A DNA stretch of 64,000 bases from contig NC_087246.1 of assembly GCF_037042905.1 (NCBI RefSeq), positions 6,946,001 to 7,010,000 of the forward strand, read 5' to 3'. The notes under the pieces were generated by a model. It worked only from the letters and a program-made list of their open reading frames with translations. It was not told the DNA's origin and did no database searches. The DNA comes from Lytechinus pictus (Eukaryota). Below are positions 1 through 12,158 of the stretch, in pieces (the stretch's first letter is position 1; each line of letters begins with the position of its first letter). The position numbers and the translations under genes are program-made.

Positions 1-275
1 TGAGTGAATTACAAAATAAAAAAGTATATAAAAACTCAAAACTTCCTTAACCAGTAAAAACGCTGTTTTATTTTTTATACAACACAGTTAACTGTTTTTA
101 CAGTAGTTGTTAAGTTCTTGAAATCTTAAACAAGAAATTCAATTTTGAATATTTAATCTTAAATAAATTAAGCATAATTATGTTAATGTCAACTGTTTAG
201 CAACTACTGAAAAGTTCATAAAATAAACAGTGTTGTATAACATTGATGGGGAAAAAACACGAACTGCTAAATATA

Positions 276-537
276 CTCCAGGCTGCTACACGTACCTACA
301 CGTCAGCAACACGGACCAACACGTCAGCTACACGTACCAACCCGGATTGCATGTCTACCCGGCAGTCCACGGATGACGCCTGAAGTTTTTGGCAGTCAAA
401 AACTGCCGTGTTGGCCTCCCGGACGTTTAAGGACCAACACGGACCTCCAAGGATGCCCAAGGCGCCAACTCGGATCTCTCCCCGGATCAGATCCGGGATG
501 GTCCGGTGTGGTCCGGGGTCTATATGTGACTGGGGCT
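276..537. mobile_element. Truncated GC-rich non-autonomous DNA transposon (PIF/Harbinger-like MITE), right end only
   Basis: CpG-rich island in an AT-rich background, with internal ~21 bp repeats (cacgtcagcaacacggaccaa / cacgtcagctacacgtaccaa). Ends ...ctatatgtgactggggct followed by TAA. No matching left TIR seen. Confidence 0.5.
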
Positions 538-656
538 TAAACATTATTTGAAGTGTGGAAGATAAAAAGTGCAACCCTTTGAGAAGATGTTAGGGTCATT
601 GGGAATCCCATACCTTTAGGGATCCTCATGATAGAAGAACTAGCCAGCTATCAGTG

Positions 657-772
657 TAATCCGTAACTAATCCTTTCCTAATCCATTTGATAGGATTAAT
701 AAAGCTGTTAACAGTTAATCTTGTTTGAAGGTACACTGGTATTGAAGCTGTAAGAGGATTAATGAGGGATTA
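657..772. promoter_or_regulatory. Cluster of K50-homeodomain (Otx/Pitx/Gsc-type) TAATCC sites; candidate enhancer
   Basis: TAATCC at 657, 668, 679; GGATTA at 693, 756, 767; TAATCT at 716, all within ~116 bp. Confidence 0.5.
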
Positions 773-3700
773 GGGAGGACTAGACTGAGGGTTGAGACAC
801 TGGGGGAAGGTCAAACCATGGGCTAGGCCCATTTGAATGGGATATGTTGACTGGTTAGAGTAAATATTGTGTTCACCTATAATTTACTTGTAAACATTCT
901 TTCATGAATCTCAAATTGCATAGTAACTATCCCACAGAAACTTGGTAATATTTGCAGGGTTTTCTTCGTTAATTTTCACAATTAATATTTTTGTTTATTG
1001 CTAAGCTTGTATCTGATAAATTATGCAGGCTTTAAGGCCTAGGCCTATATCGTTGGTTTGTAAATATGACATTTAGTTTGGAATATAACATTTATATAAT
1101 TTATTGGAATGGCATTAAGTAAAATGATACAAGGTATTTGGTCCATCCATTTGCATGTGGTAGTATTCCTGGATGTGTACCTCAACATGCCCAAGAGATG
1201 GCATGATGAAGGATGTTGTTTCTCAATTAGTGTGGCAGCCCAATGATTATTCTGAGTCAAAACAATTTAGAAATCTGAAAACTAAGCTTGATGGGGTAAC
1301 GCGTATGAGTTGACACCTCGCTCATACCATTCTTTGGAGTCACATTTGACTTTACTAGCACAAGTGGGCGCACACACTAAATCCCATCTAACTTATAAAA
1401 TATCAACTTATTTCAGACCAAACTTAAATGAATGAATAAAGGGATGAAATGGAATATGCATAGTAAATTTAGTCAGAAATAAGTTGATATTTTATAGGTT
1501 AAAAGGGATTTTGTGTATGCGCCTTTCTGCTTGGAGAGAAATTTGCACCCTTTTGCCTGCCGATCGACGAAGTGTGGATCCCGTGAGAAAGGGGTCTGTA
1601 GTTCTGTATGTCCTCATATGCACTTTTAATTCCCTCTTGGCCATGTACTTATCAGCAGTTGAGATAACAATTGGATAGCTATGCCTGCCAGCTATTAAAA
1701 GAGCCCCCTTTTTAAAGGATTTTTTGGGGTAAATTAGATCACCTATAGCTTCCACCCCATTTAGCCTAGTATTAGCTTAGAACATCTGCCTGTATTTAGT
1801 TACATCATGTGGCAATCACTACAGACATGCTTGGATTCCTTTATGTGTGTTTGTTTGGGTTTTCCATTTTGTTGTTGTTGCTGTTTTGGCTAGTCTCTAA
1901 ACCCCCAGGTCCAATAGTGAAATAGTTCTAAGTCCATGGCATTGATAGCTATGAATCATCCAGCACTGAGATTTTTTTTTTCAAAGTTGAAATACTCACT
2001 AGACCCTGTTTACATTTTCAGAAAGGTTTATTTTTTTATGAAATAGATATAATCATTTTTATCAGCCTTGAAAAGTGTAGGTCAGTTTATTAAGCTAAAC
2101 TGATATTCTTATGGAGATAGTGTTTATATATAGGCCTACACCACGGTGAACACATCTTCCAAAAATTGTTTTTATTTGTATCTTATCTCCTCTAAATAGT
2201 TCTGATTAGGCCACTTTGAATTTCACATCTATTTTCCATATTTCCTTGAATTTTTTTTTATTCAGTTGGAAACTATCAAGAAAAAGAACATTCACTCCTT
2301 TCTTTACTCTGAAGATCTTGTTCAGTTGATGTCACAATGTTGGGAGACATGTCGTCCCAACTAATTTTGCCTGTGAGAAAAGGGTATCATTTTATTCAGT
2401 GAAGTAGGGCTATGTCCTGCTCCCTATATTTTCTCATCACCAAATTGATGTAATATGTTAATATATCTCCAGATTGAGGCTTTTTGAGAGGGGTATTTCT
2501 TAACCCCCCTTCTTTCATTCATACCCTCCCTCTTATCTTACCCATCCAGTTACCTGCCAATCAACCATGTCCCACAGTGGCCAATCAAAATATTTGCCTA
2601 CAGGAGATTATGTTGACTTAGCCATAATTTGTGGAAGTTGAGTAGTGCATTAGGAAAAAAAAATCCTTGTTTGTGTGTCACAGAAGGGCAAATAGTAATC
2701 ATTTGCAACTATTTGATCTTGAGAGAAGAAGGGGTGGGAGGAAATAAATATTCGTAATATCCTTAATTGTGTTTGAGGTATGAATACTTAAAACTTTGTG
2801 ATGAAATAGACAATGTTCATAATAGTCTGATGTAAATGTTTAATGCTTCACTTGTGCTTGCATTTGCCAGAGTATGTATTACAGGGTCTCTGTTCCTGTG
2901 ACTTTGAGCATAGACCTGCTTTGAGTATGTTCATTCAGTTGTATTTAGCTAGGGGGTGCATTTAGTTGCCATTGTTTACCCTAGATATGAAACATGTTTT
3001 GAAACATGTTTCTGCAGAATGTGGTGTTCAACCAAGGAGACATCTCCTTGATTTAATCAAAAGTAAAAGTAAACATGTTTCAAATCACAAACAAACACAA
3101 AAAAGGGGCACTGTGAAAGATGTTTCTGCAGAATTACATTTGAAAAAGGCCGACCGAACATAACTGATTTGATTCATGATTCTATGACATCATTGTGTCA
3201 GCCTTCCTCCATGTTCATGCCAATTTGCATGCTGTATTTCTTAGCTTTTGCTCTACACTGATGGGATTTTTGACAACCATGGTTCAGTAGTAATATCTTT
3301 CAAAACGCATCTTTTCCAGCATTACAAAAGACATATAGGGCCTACTTTAAGTGGCTGGAAACAGTTTGAATGTGATAGTGGTTTGAACTTAACGTTTTGT
3401 AAACGCCATTTCTGGGGTAATAAAATGTGTCCCATATTGACTTGTGACTAAAATTTTCTCTATATTTCTGTGTTTTCAAGTGGGGGTCTGTGTAAGTAGA
3501 CTATGAGGTGTATAATGTCCCTGATGGCAGATGGTGTTATTGACCTCATCTTTTTTGGGGTCAAGGTTGGGTTTGTTTACATTGAGTCAGCCACCATGAT
3601 CAGCAAAGAGAAGTATTCACCTTCATGATCCACCTTTCCGTCCATTCAAGGCTATGTGGTTCAGTGGTTTGTGTCCTTAAGTTGGAGTGGCAAATTATAA

Positions 3701-5314
3701 CATAGTTCTTTTGATTTGAAATAAAACATTTCTGCACTACCTATAAAAGGAGATGACCTGAAATCTGAATGAAAATGTGAAATGAACAATATTATATTAA
3801 AAGTAAATTACATGTTAATAGAACTGATAGAGGACACCTGTCTATTATGCACAATGCTTTTTCTCAGAGTATGATGACCTAAATAAAAATGTGAAATAAA
3901 CAATATATCTAAAATGAAATATTGATCTAATCAACCACTACTACTAGGCCTGTCTTATTTTAATACAAAGGATAATTCTACAAGTAGTAAACAGATCACA
4001 GATATTCATTGCAGCTGAACAATGTTAGTAAGCTGTAAATTTGAAATACAAAGAAATATCTTTAAAAGGAAAGGCTTATCCAGATTTTTCACTTTACATT
4101 GATAACTGAATATAATTGCTTTCATATGATTCTTCTTTGATATCATCTGTAGAGGTATATTAGTACACAGCTCCTCGTTATAATATTTAAGGTTACCAAA
4201 AATTTTCTGTAGAATCTGATTTTTTGTGCTTTTTCCCCTATTTTGAGGGTGCTGAACATGAATCTGCTTGTTGCCAAATTTATAAATGCCGTCTTCGACC
4301 GTTGCCATGGCAACGGATTAATTTATCAAAAATAGCTTGTATTTCCCTGTAAATGGTAGATAAGCATGATATAAATTAGCCAATAGATTTAATTCAATGT
4401 TCCAATTAAATACAAATGAAATTCAAAATATTTAAGATCATCAAAATGGTTCCAATTGGCCCGTTGCCATGGTAACGGCTCATTTTTCCTCCAAAAAAGT
4501 AAAAATTTTGATTTAAAGTTGTAGAATCTGTTTTTTATTTCATTTTCCCTGCGTTTAGGGTGTTAAACATAGGAGTGGTTTTTGCTAAATGTATAAATAC
4601 ACTCTCATTCCATTGCCATGGCAACCAGATAATACCTAATTTGGTAAAAATAGAAATAACATGGTAAAAAAAGACAATGGCGAAAAATACAATAAAAGCG
4701 ACCTACATGTACATGTAATCTACATGCATTGGGTTTTTCCCACTCATTTACTAAAAAACTACATAAGTGTTATGCATGAGTTCATTGGAATGATAGGAAT
4801 TGATGTTGCCTTGACAATGCTTGAATTTAAAGATAAATATCAATATTGCAAATTGGCCGTTGCCATGGTAACAGCTTATTTTTTCTCAGAAAAGTATACA
4901 TTTGATAAAATACATTGTAGAATCTGAATTTTCTTTCATTTCCCCTAATTATATGATGCTAGATCTATATGTGCTTGTTGCTAAATGTATAAATACAATC
5001 TTAGGTCATTGCCATGGCAACCAAATAACATGGGGGAGATAATGGTGGAAAATACCATGAAAATCACAATCTACATGCGTAAGGTTTGAACCATTAAATA
5101 TTGAACAAAAAATACAGAAAGTAGTCTGCATGAGTTCATTAGAAAGAAAAGAATTGCTGTTGCCTTGGTAACACTTGCATTTAATATAAATATAAATATG
5201 AATGTTGCAAACCTCCCATTGCCATGGTAACATCCTATTTTTCTCAGAAAATTACAAAATTGAAAAAAAACAAATTTTCCTTTCATTTCCCCTAATTTTA
5301 GGTCGCTCAACATA

Positions 5315-5953
5315 CAGTTGAGTCCGAAAGTTTACATACACCCATGGAATTCAGTGAAATTTGTTCGTTTGCCAAACATCCTAAAATTTACTATATCTTC
5401 AGAAATATAAATACTACCATGACGAATTTGGTGTCAAATGAAAGAGCATATTAAGCTCTTTCACATGATAAGGATGCCGATGGGATTAAAGTAAATATCA
5501 GGTGAAATTTTGTTTGAAGAAAAATAGTAATATTCGTATAAAATTTATTCTATTGTTATTATATTTTCAAACGTCGTTTCATAGAAATATATAAATGTCA
5601 AATCTATGATTTATATCACTTTTTCTATCATGATATGTCACCACTGAACAAAAAGTGTGATCTGAAATGTTTGTGTTGACAAGTAACTAGCAAAAATATG
5701 AAATGTTTTTGTCAAGTTTTTATTTTCAAATCGTCTAAAATATGAAGATTTTTTTGGAAAAATTACACCTAAATATTTCAGCTCCAGATGACAAAGCAAT
5801 TTGATGAAGGGGCAAGACATACTCATTTGTTTGATATCAAATTTGTCATGATAGCAAAAAATATTTTATAAGATACAGTAAGTTTAATGATGTTTGGCAA
5901 TTGTCAACTTTTTAAAAAATTCCTAGGTGTATGTAAACTTCTGTCCTCAACTG
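5315..5953. mobile_element. Tc1/mariner MITE (Sleeping Beauty/Tc1-like terminal sequence), nested in the foldback arm
   Basis: TA|cagttgagtccgaaagtttacatacacc ... ggtgtatgtaaacttctgtcctcaactg|TA. Imperfect inverted repeat extends >100 bp; TA target duplication; the host subrepeat resumes after it. Confidence 0.85.
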
Positions 5954-7018
5954 TACATATGCTTGTTAATGTAAAAATACTCTCTCGGGCCATTTTCAAT
6001 TTAGAATTAAATCCAATCCACATAACATGTACTCAAATGAATTATCCAATTACACTCATTTTAATGCTGGACAATTTTTGAAGAAAAATGGTACTTATTC
6101 TGCATGAAATCCAGTATTGTAACTCCAAAATGACCGCAGATAGTCATTTTGAGTATAGTGATTTTGGGTGATTTGTGCTTAAAAGTGTAAAATATAATAA
6201 TAAGGGGGGGCATACATTTGATGAATGACAATTTTAAATCTGTCAGGAGGCGATGTGGTCTTGACCTCCTAATCTGATATTATTGCCATAACCAAATTGG
6301 CAGGTGGTGTCCATTTTGAAAAAGTAAACTTAGAAATATTTTCATAATTTTGGAAATATATGGATCTATATTATGATATTTCAACAAAACATTGGGTAAT
6401 CATTAAATATAATTAATCATATTGCACAAGTTTCATGTCATATGATCAAGGTCATAGGTATTTTACGATCACCAAAATTTGACCATGTTGTTTTATTATC
6501 ATTGAATCTCATAAAGTTTCTGAAAAAACAAACCTTTGAGAGTGCGTATATAAATCTATTTCAAGAAAATTGGACATAAAGGTATTCAACTATCACATCA
6601 TTGTGCATGAGTTTCAGGTTAAAGTTATGGTCAATGAACGTTGACTGTACTGTGGTATCAACATCAAAAACTTTACTTAGGTTTATTAATTTTCAAGATA
6701 ATTATATATCATGTCACTAGGTGAAGGTCAAGGGTCTTTTGAGGTTAAAAAACCCTTAGGATTCTATTATTAAATGAATAGGCTTTCATGAAAGTCCCAC
6801 ATTGAGTCTACATTAAAAATGGAAGAATTTTACCTTTGTTTCCTCAAAAGGTCAGTTATATCTAATAGGTGGCCATGATTATGTCAATTTGCCAAATAAA
6901 CTTTGGAGTTAAATTATCTTGAACAGCTTTCTATTAAATAAATACATACATTTTAACATTTATAGCACTTCTTCATGTAAACATGCTCAAAGCACTTTCC
7001 AATATAATTGTGGGGGGG

Positions 7019-7265
7019 GGGGCGTCGTTGTCTAGTGGTTAAGACTTTTTCAATCTGAGGGATATTGGTTCGATTCCCAGCCAGGGTGTGTTTCCTTCAT
7101 TAAGAAATTTATCCATATTGTGCTGCACTCAAGCCAGGTGAGATAAATGGGTACCTGCAGGATATAAGTCCTTAAAAAGCTGTGAGCACCGGATGCGGTA
7201 GTCCAGCTTAGCCAGGGTAATATAGGAGCACTATACAAATACTATATTATTTTATTTATTATTAT
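7019..7265 (+). mobile_element. tRNA-derived SINE
   Basis: A-box-like tgtctagtggttaag and B-box ggttcgattccc; body gtgctgcactcaagccaggtgagataaatgggtacc; (TTA/TAT)-rich tail. Same family as 35980-36279. Confidence 0.8.
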
Positions 7266-7569
7266 AAAAATGAATAATTCTACTTTTCAAGTGCTTTCAA
7301 TACATAAAGTGGGTGTTACAAATAAAATTCATAGGTTTGTAAGCTTTAAAAAAACAATTGTACAGAAGGGCATGAACGGATTTTGAATATTGGGACCAGT
7401 GAAACTTATGCACTGTTGACCTAAGTTGGGGGATAGAAAAGGGTCTGTAAACAAAAACCCAGCATGAAATGTATTGTGGTGTCAGGTTATCAATGGACAA
7501 GTAAACAAAGCAATTTTTTCTATAATTCTGTTTTTGACCAGTAGCAAGTGAATCTCTTTGAACAAAGGA

Positions 7570-7748
7570 AACACATGATCATACTTTCTGGCCGTTGAAA
7601 TGGTACCGACTGCTCGATTCTGAATGTGCTGTAGTGACTATTATCTAAGCGGCTGAACACCAGTTCAAAGTGTCCCCAAGTGGTTATAAATACGAAGTAA
7701 AAATTAAAGGTCCCCGTACAAAACCCTGAGGAACGCCATATTGCAACC
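7570..7748 (-). mobile_element. Internally deleted L2/CR1-group LINE reverse transcriptase fragment
   Basis: Minus-strand translation gives LQYGVPQGFVRGPLIFTSYL*PLGD (RT motif GVPQGS.LGP) joined closely to LQHIQNRAVGTISTARKYDHV (L2-type C-terminal LQ.IQN..AR....K.DH motif). Confidence 0.7.
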
Positions 7749-8646
7749 CTTGACCCTTTTTTTCTTAATGGCTACCGACCGCGATTCGTTTTAAAGGCAA
7801 GGTCAGTATGTCAAAGGTAGTTCAGATTTTGATTTCTTGACTCTAAAACCCCCAAATAAATATTTTGAACAACTCTCTATCAAAATGGAATCACCCCGTA
7901 AAGTTGTCATTTTTCAAAATGACAGGCAGCTGTCAGTTTGATTTTTTCATGGCGATAATCTCTGATTAGGCGGTCAAGTTTAGGTCAGTTAACTGTGTGG
8001 ACTTAAGATTTTAATTTCCTAACCTAAAAAATCTCCATGTTGCTATTTTAAAAACTCATTTATAGCACAAATGAACCCAAATTCCTTTTTTTTCAAACTG
8101 GCCACCAGCAGCCACTCTGGATATTTTAATTATATCATAGTCAATCTCTGTTCAGGAGGTCAAGATCACTTCAACTCATCAAATAGACTTAAGATTTTGA
8201 TTTCCTTTTCCCTATAAAACTCATTCTTTATAATATTTTTATCAGCTTTATAGCAATATCCACCCAAAATTTCTTTTTAAAATGGTTTCCGGCAGCCATT
8301 TCAAAGCTTTTATACGAATTTCATGGTCAATTTTTCTTCGTACAATTAATTGTCCAGAAACACATGAACACATGAATGTGATTGGCAAATTTATTTTATT
8401 CCATTAACGTTTAGCTTTAAAATATAGACATTTGTGACCCTTAAATTGGCAGCCACCTTGGAGTTTGAAGTTGGGGTAATTCAATTCAGCAAATAGATGT
8501 CACATATCAATCTCTTGAAAACTTTACCCCTAAATCAATATTTCTGTCAGATTACTAGGCCAAATGGCCCAAAATATTCTCAAAATGGTCTCTAGCTGAA
8601 TTCTCCCTAATTTCACAAACCCTTAGAAATATTGGCATACTGGCTA

Positions 8647-10561
8647 TTTTTTTTTTTAATTTATTAGAGCACAAATGGTCAAAAAAAGATCTTTACACTC
8701 CACATTCCTCACTTGAACCTAGGAAGTGATTCGCTAGGTCCATAGGAGAGCTTGTGCGTCACAGACTGTAGATGGTTGGACCATTGGGTGACCCTTTGAT
8801 TGTGAGCAGAGCCATCAAGGGATTCAGTCAAGTGAAGGAAGCTACATCTTGTTTTGAATCTCTTTTTGGCAGGTTCATAGTTAAAAGGTGGATGATGAGG
8901 GTGATCTTCTTGCTTGTTTTTTCCACCTTTGCTGGCACCTATCTTCTAATGTGTAAATGGGCAATACCACACAGTAGGTAGAGATCATCTGCTCTTGTTT
9001 TGTCGCAGCCAGTAATTGCTCTGCAAGCAGCATTCAGGGCTGTATCAATCATTGCAGCATGTGATGACCGAAAACGGATGGGGACTGCATACTCAGCAGT
9101 CTAGTAGCATAGAGCAAGAGCTGTCGCACGGATGGTTTTGGCATCTGTTCCCATTTTATGTTGGCAAGCTCCTTCAGGATGCTGTTCCTTGCTCAAACTT
9201 AAGCCTTTGTCTTGGAAACATTGTCTTTGTAGGTAAGGGAAATGTCTAGGGTGACGTCAAGGTAGATTGGCTTACTGGTGTGTTCCAACCATTTTCTATA
9301 CCATCTGAACCTTAGTTACTGGTCTGCATCTCTGTTTTTTAGGTGAAAAGCACTGAGTTGGTTTTTTTCTGGATTTGCCCAGAGATGATTTGCAGCGTAG
9401 TAAGGAGTCAGGCCTACCAGAGCATTGCTGAGTGCTTTTTCATCTCTTCAGAGGACTGTTTCTGTGAAGCAATGCAAATGTCATCAGCGTACAGGTAGCT
9501 CTCATTATTTGGTGGATTGGTTGGTCATTTATGTAGATGCTAAAGAGTGGGACGAAAGAGTGGGACGATGATTCTTCCTTGTGGGAGACCTTTTGTGTGT
9601 CAGCCTTCTGCTACTGAAACCACTGAGATGCACAAAAACTGCTGATTTGAGAGCATGCTCTGAATCATCTGTGTCAGCTTAAGCCTTCCTTTGTCATCTC
9701 AAAGACTTTCCTTGTGAGTATTCGATGATTGTGTCATAAGCTGTAATGAGGTCAACAAAGGCTGCTCCAGTTATCAACCCTTTCTCGAAGCCATCTTCAA
9801 TGTACTGTGCCAGATTCAGCAGTTGACTAGTACAGGACTTTCCTGGCCTAAATCCTGCCTGTTCTGGAATGAGGAGCTCATTCACCAAGGGAGCAATGTG
9901 GTTGAGTAGGAGCCTTTCAAAGATCTTGTATGTGTGACAAAGCAGAGATATGGGCCGGTAGCTCTTTGCATTGGCTGGTTTTCTGCCTGGCTTGAGTAAG
10001 GCAACTACCCTTGATTTCCTCAATAAGTTTGGCATTGTGCTTTCACTCAGACAGTAGTTTAGCGTGTCAAGCAGCCGTTGCAACAGGTCCAAGATGTTTC
10101 ATCTGCTCACAGATCGAGGACATCATCCAATCCAGCTGCCTTGCTGATCTTCATTGCTTTGATAGCATTGCACAAGTCGTTCATGCTGAAAGGTCTTGTG
10201 AACTCAGATGACTCTTGGCAGGCTGTCCGCACACTTTTAGGTTGGATCTTCGCGGGTAATTATGAGGGTTACCTTGGCTGTTCACTAGAAGCTGGTTGGC
10301 CACTTGGGACCTAGATTGGGACTTTGTAGAGTCTTTCCCAAGGATCCGAATCTGCATGGTGTTTCTGCCGGCCCTGAGTATAGCTTGTACGGCATTCTTG
10401 TGGAATATTCTTCCTTGATGATTTCTTCAGCAGCTCAAAAAATATGTCGTAATGAGTAGGGAGTGCAGGGAGGTTCTGAAGATATGTATCCAGATCTATG
10501 CCAAACTGCTCAGTTTACTTTCTTCAGGTTGAAAGTCTGCAGAAGGGAACTTTGCGAGGAG
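8647..10561 (-). mobile_element. 5'-truncated, decayed non-LTR retrotransposon (Ingi/Vingi-like, I group); RT pseudogene
   Basis: ORF 9694-10092 has YRPISLLCHTYKIFERL, EQAGFRPGKSCTSQLLNL and AFVDL..AYDT. LYADD at ~9480-9495 and TALALCY*TAEYA further downstream, in broken frames. T-run at ~8647-8657 may be the poly(A) tail. Several stops and frameshifts. Confidence 0.88.
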
Positions 10562-12158
10562 TGATGTTTACCACGGCATCAGGCCATTTGCAACATTGAT
10601 ATTTATCATATAAAATTAAATTATTTAACCACTATCAAAGCAGCAGCAACAAGAATATCAAGTTTAGCAACCTACGTGTATACTTTGGCGGAAATGAAAG
10701 AAAAATCAGACTCTACATATTTTTATTAAAACTTTTCTGGTGTAAAATGAGCCGTTACCATGACAACAGGCAATTTGCAACATTGATATTTATTAATAAA
10801 ATCAAGCATTCCCAAGGGAACATCAATTTTTATCATTCTAATGAATTCATGCAGAATAATTACGTAATTTTGGTTTTGTTTTTGGTTTTGGTCATGTAGA
10901 TTAGTTCGTTTTTACTGTACATCCCACCATTACCTTTTTCAACATGTTATTTTTTACCAAATAAGTTGGCATTTGGTTGCCATGGCAATGGTCTGAGATG
11001 GTACTTACATATTTACCAACAAGCATATTTATTTTTAGCAACCTAAACTCAGCGGAAATGAACGAAAAAAATGTGACTCTATATGTTTTTATCAAAATTT
11101 GTTCTTTTCTGAGAAAAATAAGATGTTACCATGGCAACGGGCCATTTGCAATATTGATATTTATCTTTAAATTCAAGCATTCTCAAGGCAACATCAATTC
11201 CTATCATTCCAATAAACTCATGCATAACACTTATGTAGTTTTTATTCTAAATGAGTGGGAAAAACCCAACGCAAGTAGATTACATGTAGGTCGCTTTTAT
11301 TGTATTTCTCACCATTGTCTTTTTTTACCATGTTATTTCCTTTTTTTACCAAATTAGGTATTATTTGGTTGCCATGGCAATGGAATGAGAGTGTATTTAT
11401 ACATTAAGCAAAAACCACTCCTATGTTTAACACCCTAAACGCAGGGAAAATGAAACAAAAAACAGATTCTACAACTTTAAATCACATTTTTTACTTTTCT
11501 GGAGGAAAAATGAGCCGTTACCATGACAACGGGCCAATTGGAACCAATTTGATGATCTTAAATATTTTTGAATTTCATTTGTATTTGATTGGAACCCTGA
11601 AATCAATCTATTGGCTAATTTATATCATGTTTTTCTACCATTTACAGGGGAATACATAAAATTTTTGAGAAATTAATCTGTTGCCATGGCAACGGTCGAA
11701 GACGGCATTTATAAATTTGGCAACAAGCAGATTCGTATTCAGCACCCTAAAAATAGGGGGATAAGCACAAAAAATCAGATTCTACAGAAAATTTTTGGAA
11801 TTCTTACTACTTGCCGCCTACTATATAGCCAAAGACTCCTTTCATATTTTTGGATTAAGCCTTGAGTAGAAGGCATAATCTGATCTGATTGGAAGTGATT
11901 TCCACAATTATTATTCTTGCAACTGAAACTTGGGTACAGGTAAAATAAGTTTATCTAAATTCTTGAAATTGATAAAAGGGGGAATCACAACACCGTTCTG
12001 TTTTAAATTGAATAGAAAATTGAATTCTTTCTTACTTGCCCTGCTTTTCCTTCTCTTCTTTATTCAACTCAACTTCCATTTCATTTTTGTTTTTATCCCT
12101 CTTTATCCTTTCCAGCTATTTCTTATTTATTTTTTTCTGATTTCTCTGAGTAGTATTT

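Larger units (their letters stand above)
4161..11823. mobile_element. Large non-autonomous foldback DNA transposon with ~1 kb modular inverted arms (Academ-like termini)
   Basis: About 4196-5230 is the reverse complement of about 10750-11798 (e.g. gccgtcttcgaccgttgccatggcaac vs gttgccatggcaacggtcgaagacggc). Outer termini TAGTA(4161)...TACTA(11823) are flanked by TAT on both sides (possible 3 bp TSD). Inner modules (~6120-6330 vs ~7900-8300) are also loosely inverted. No transposase ORF seen. Superfamily assignment is inference. Confidence 0.8.

Noticed and set aside
60..240. Imperfect inverted repeat near the window start
   Set aside because: Probably a cut-off repeat remnant; ends cannot be defined.
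296..574. 92 aa minus-strand ORF
   Set aside because: Lies within a GC-rich MITE-like repeat; no recognisable protein motif.
4301..5231. Regularly spaced palindromes resembling a CRISPR array
   Set aside because: Eukaryotic context, spacers are long and mutually similar, there are no cas genes, and the array is mirrored as transposon arms.
9694..10092. RT ORF as a functional or domesticated gene
   Set aside because: Flanking RT motifs are broken by stops and frameshifts and the endonuclease region is missing; it is a decayed LINE.
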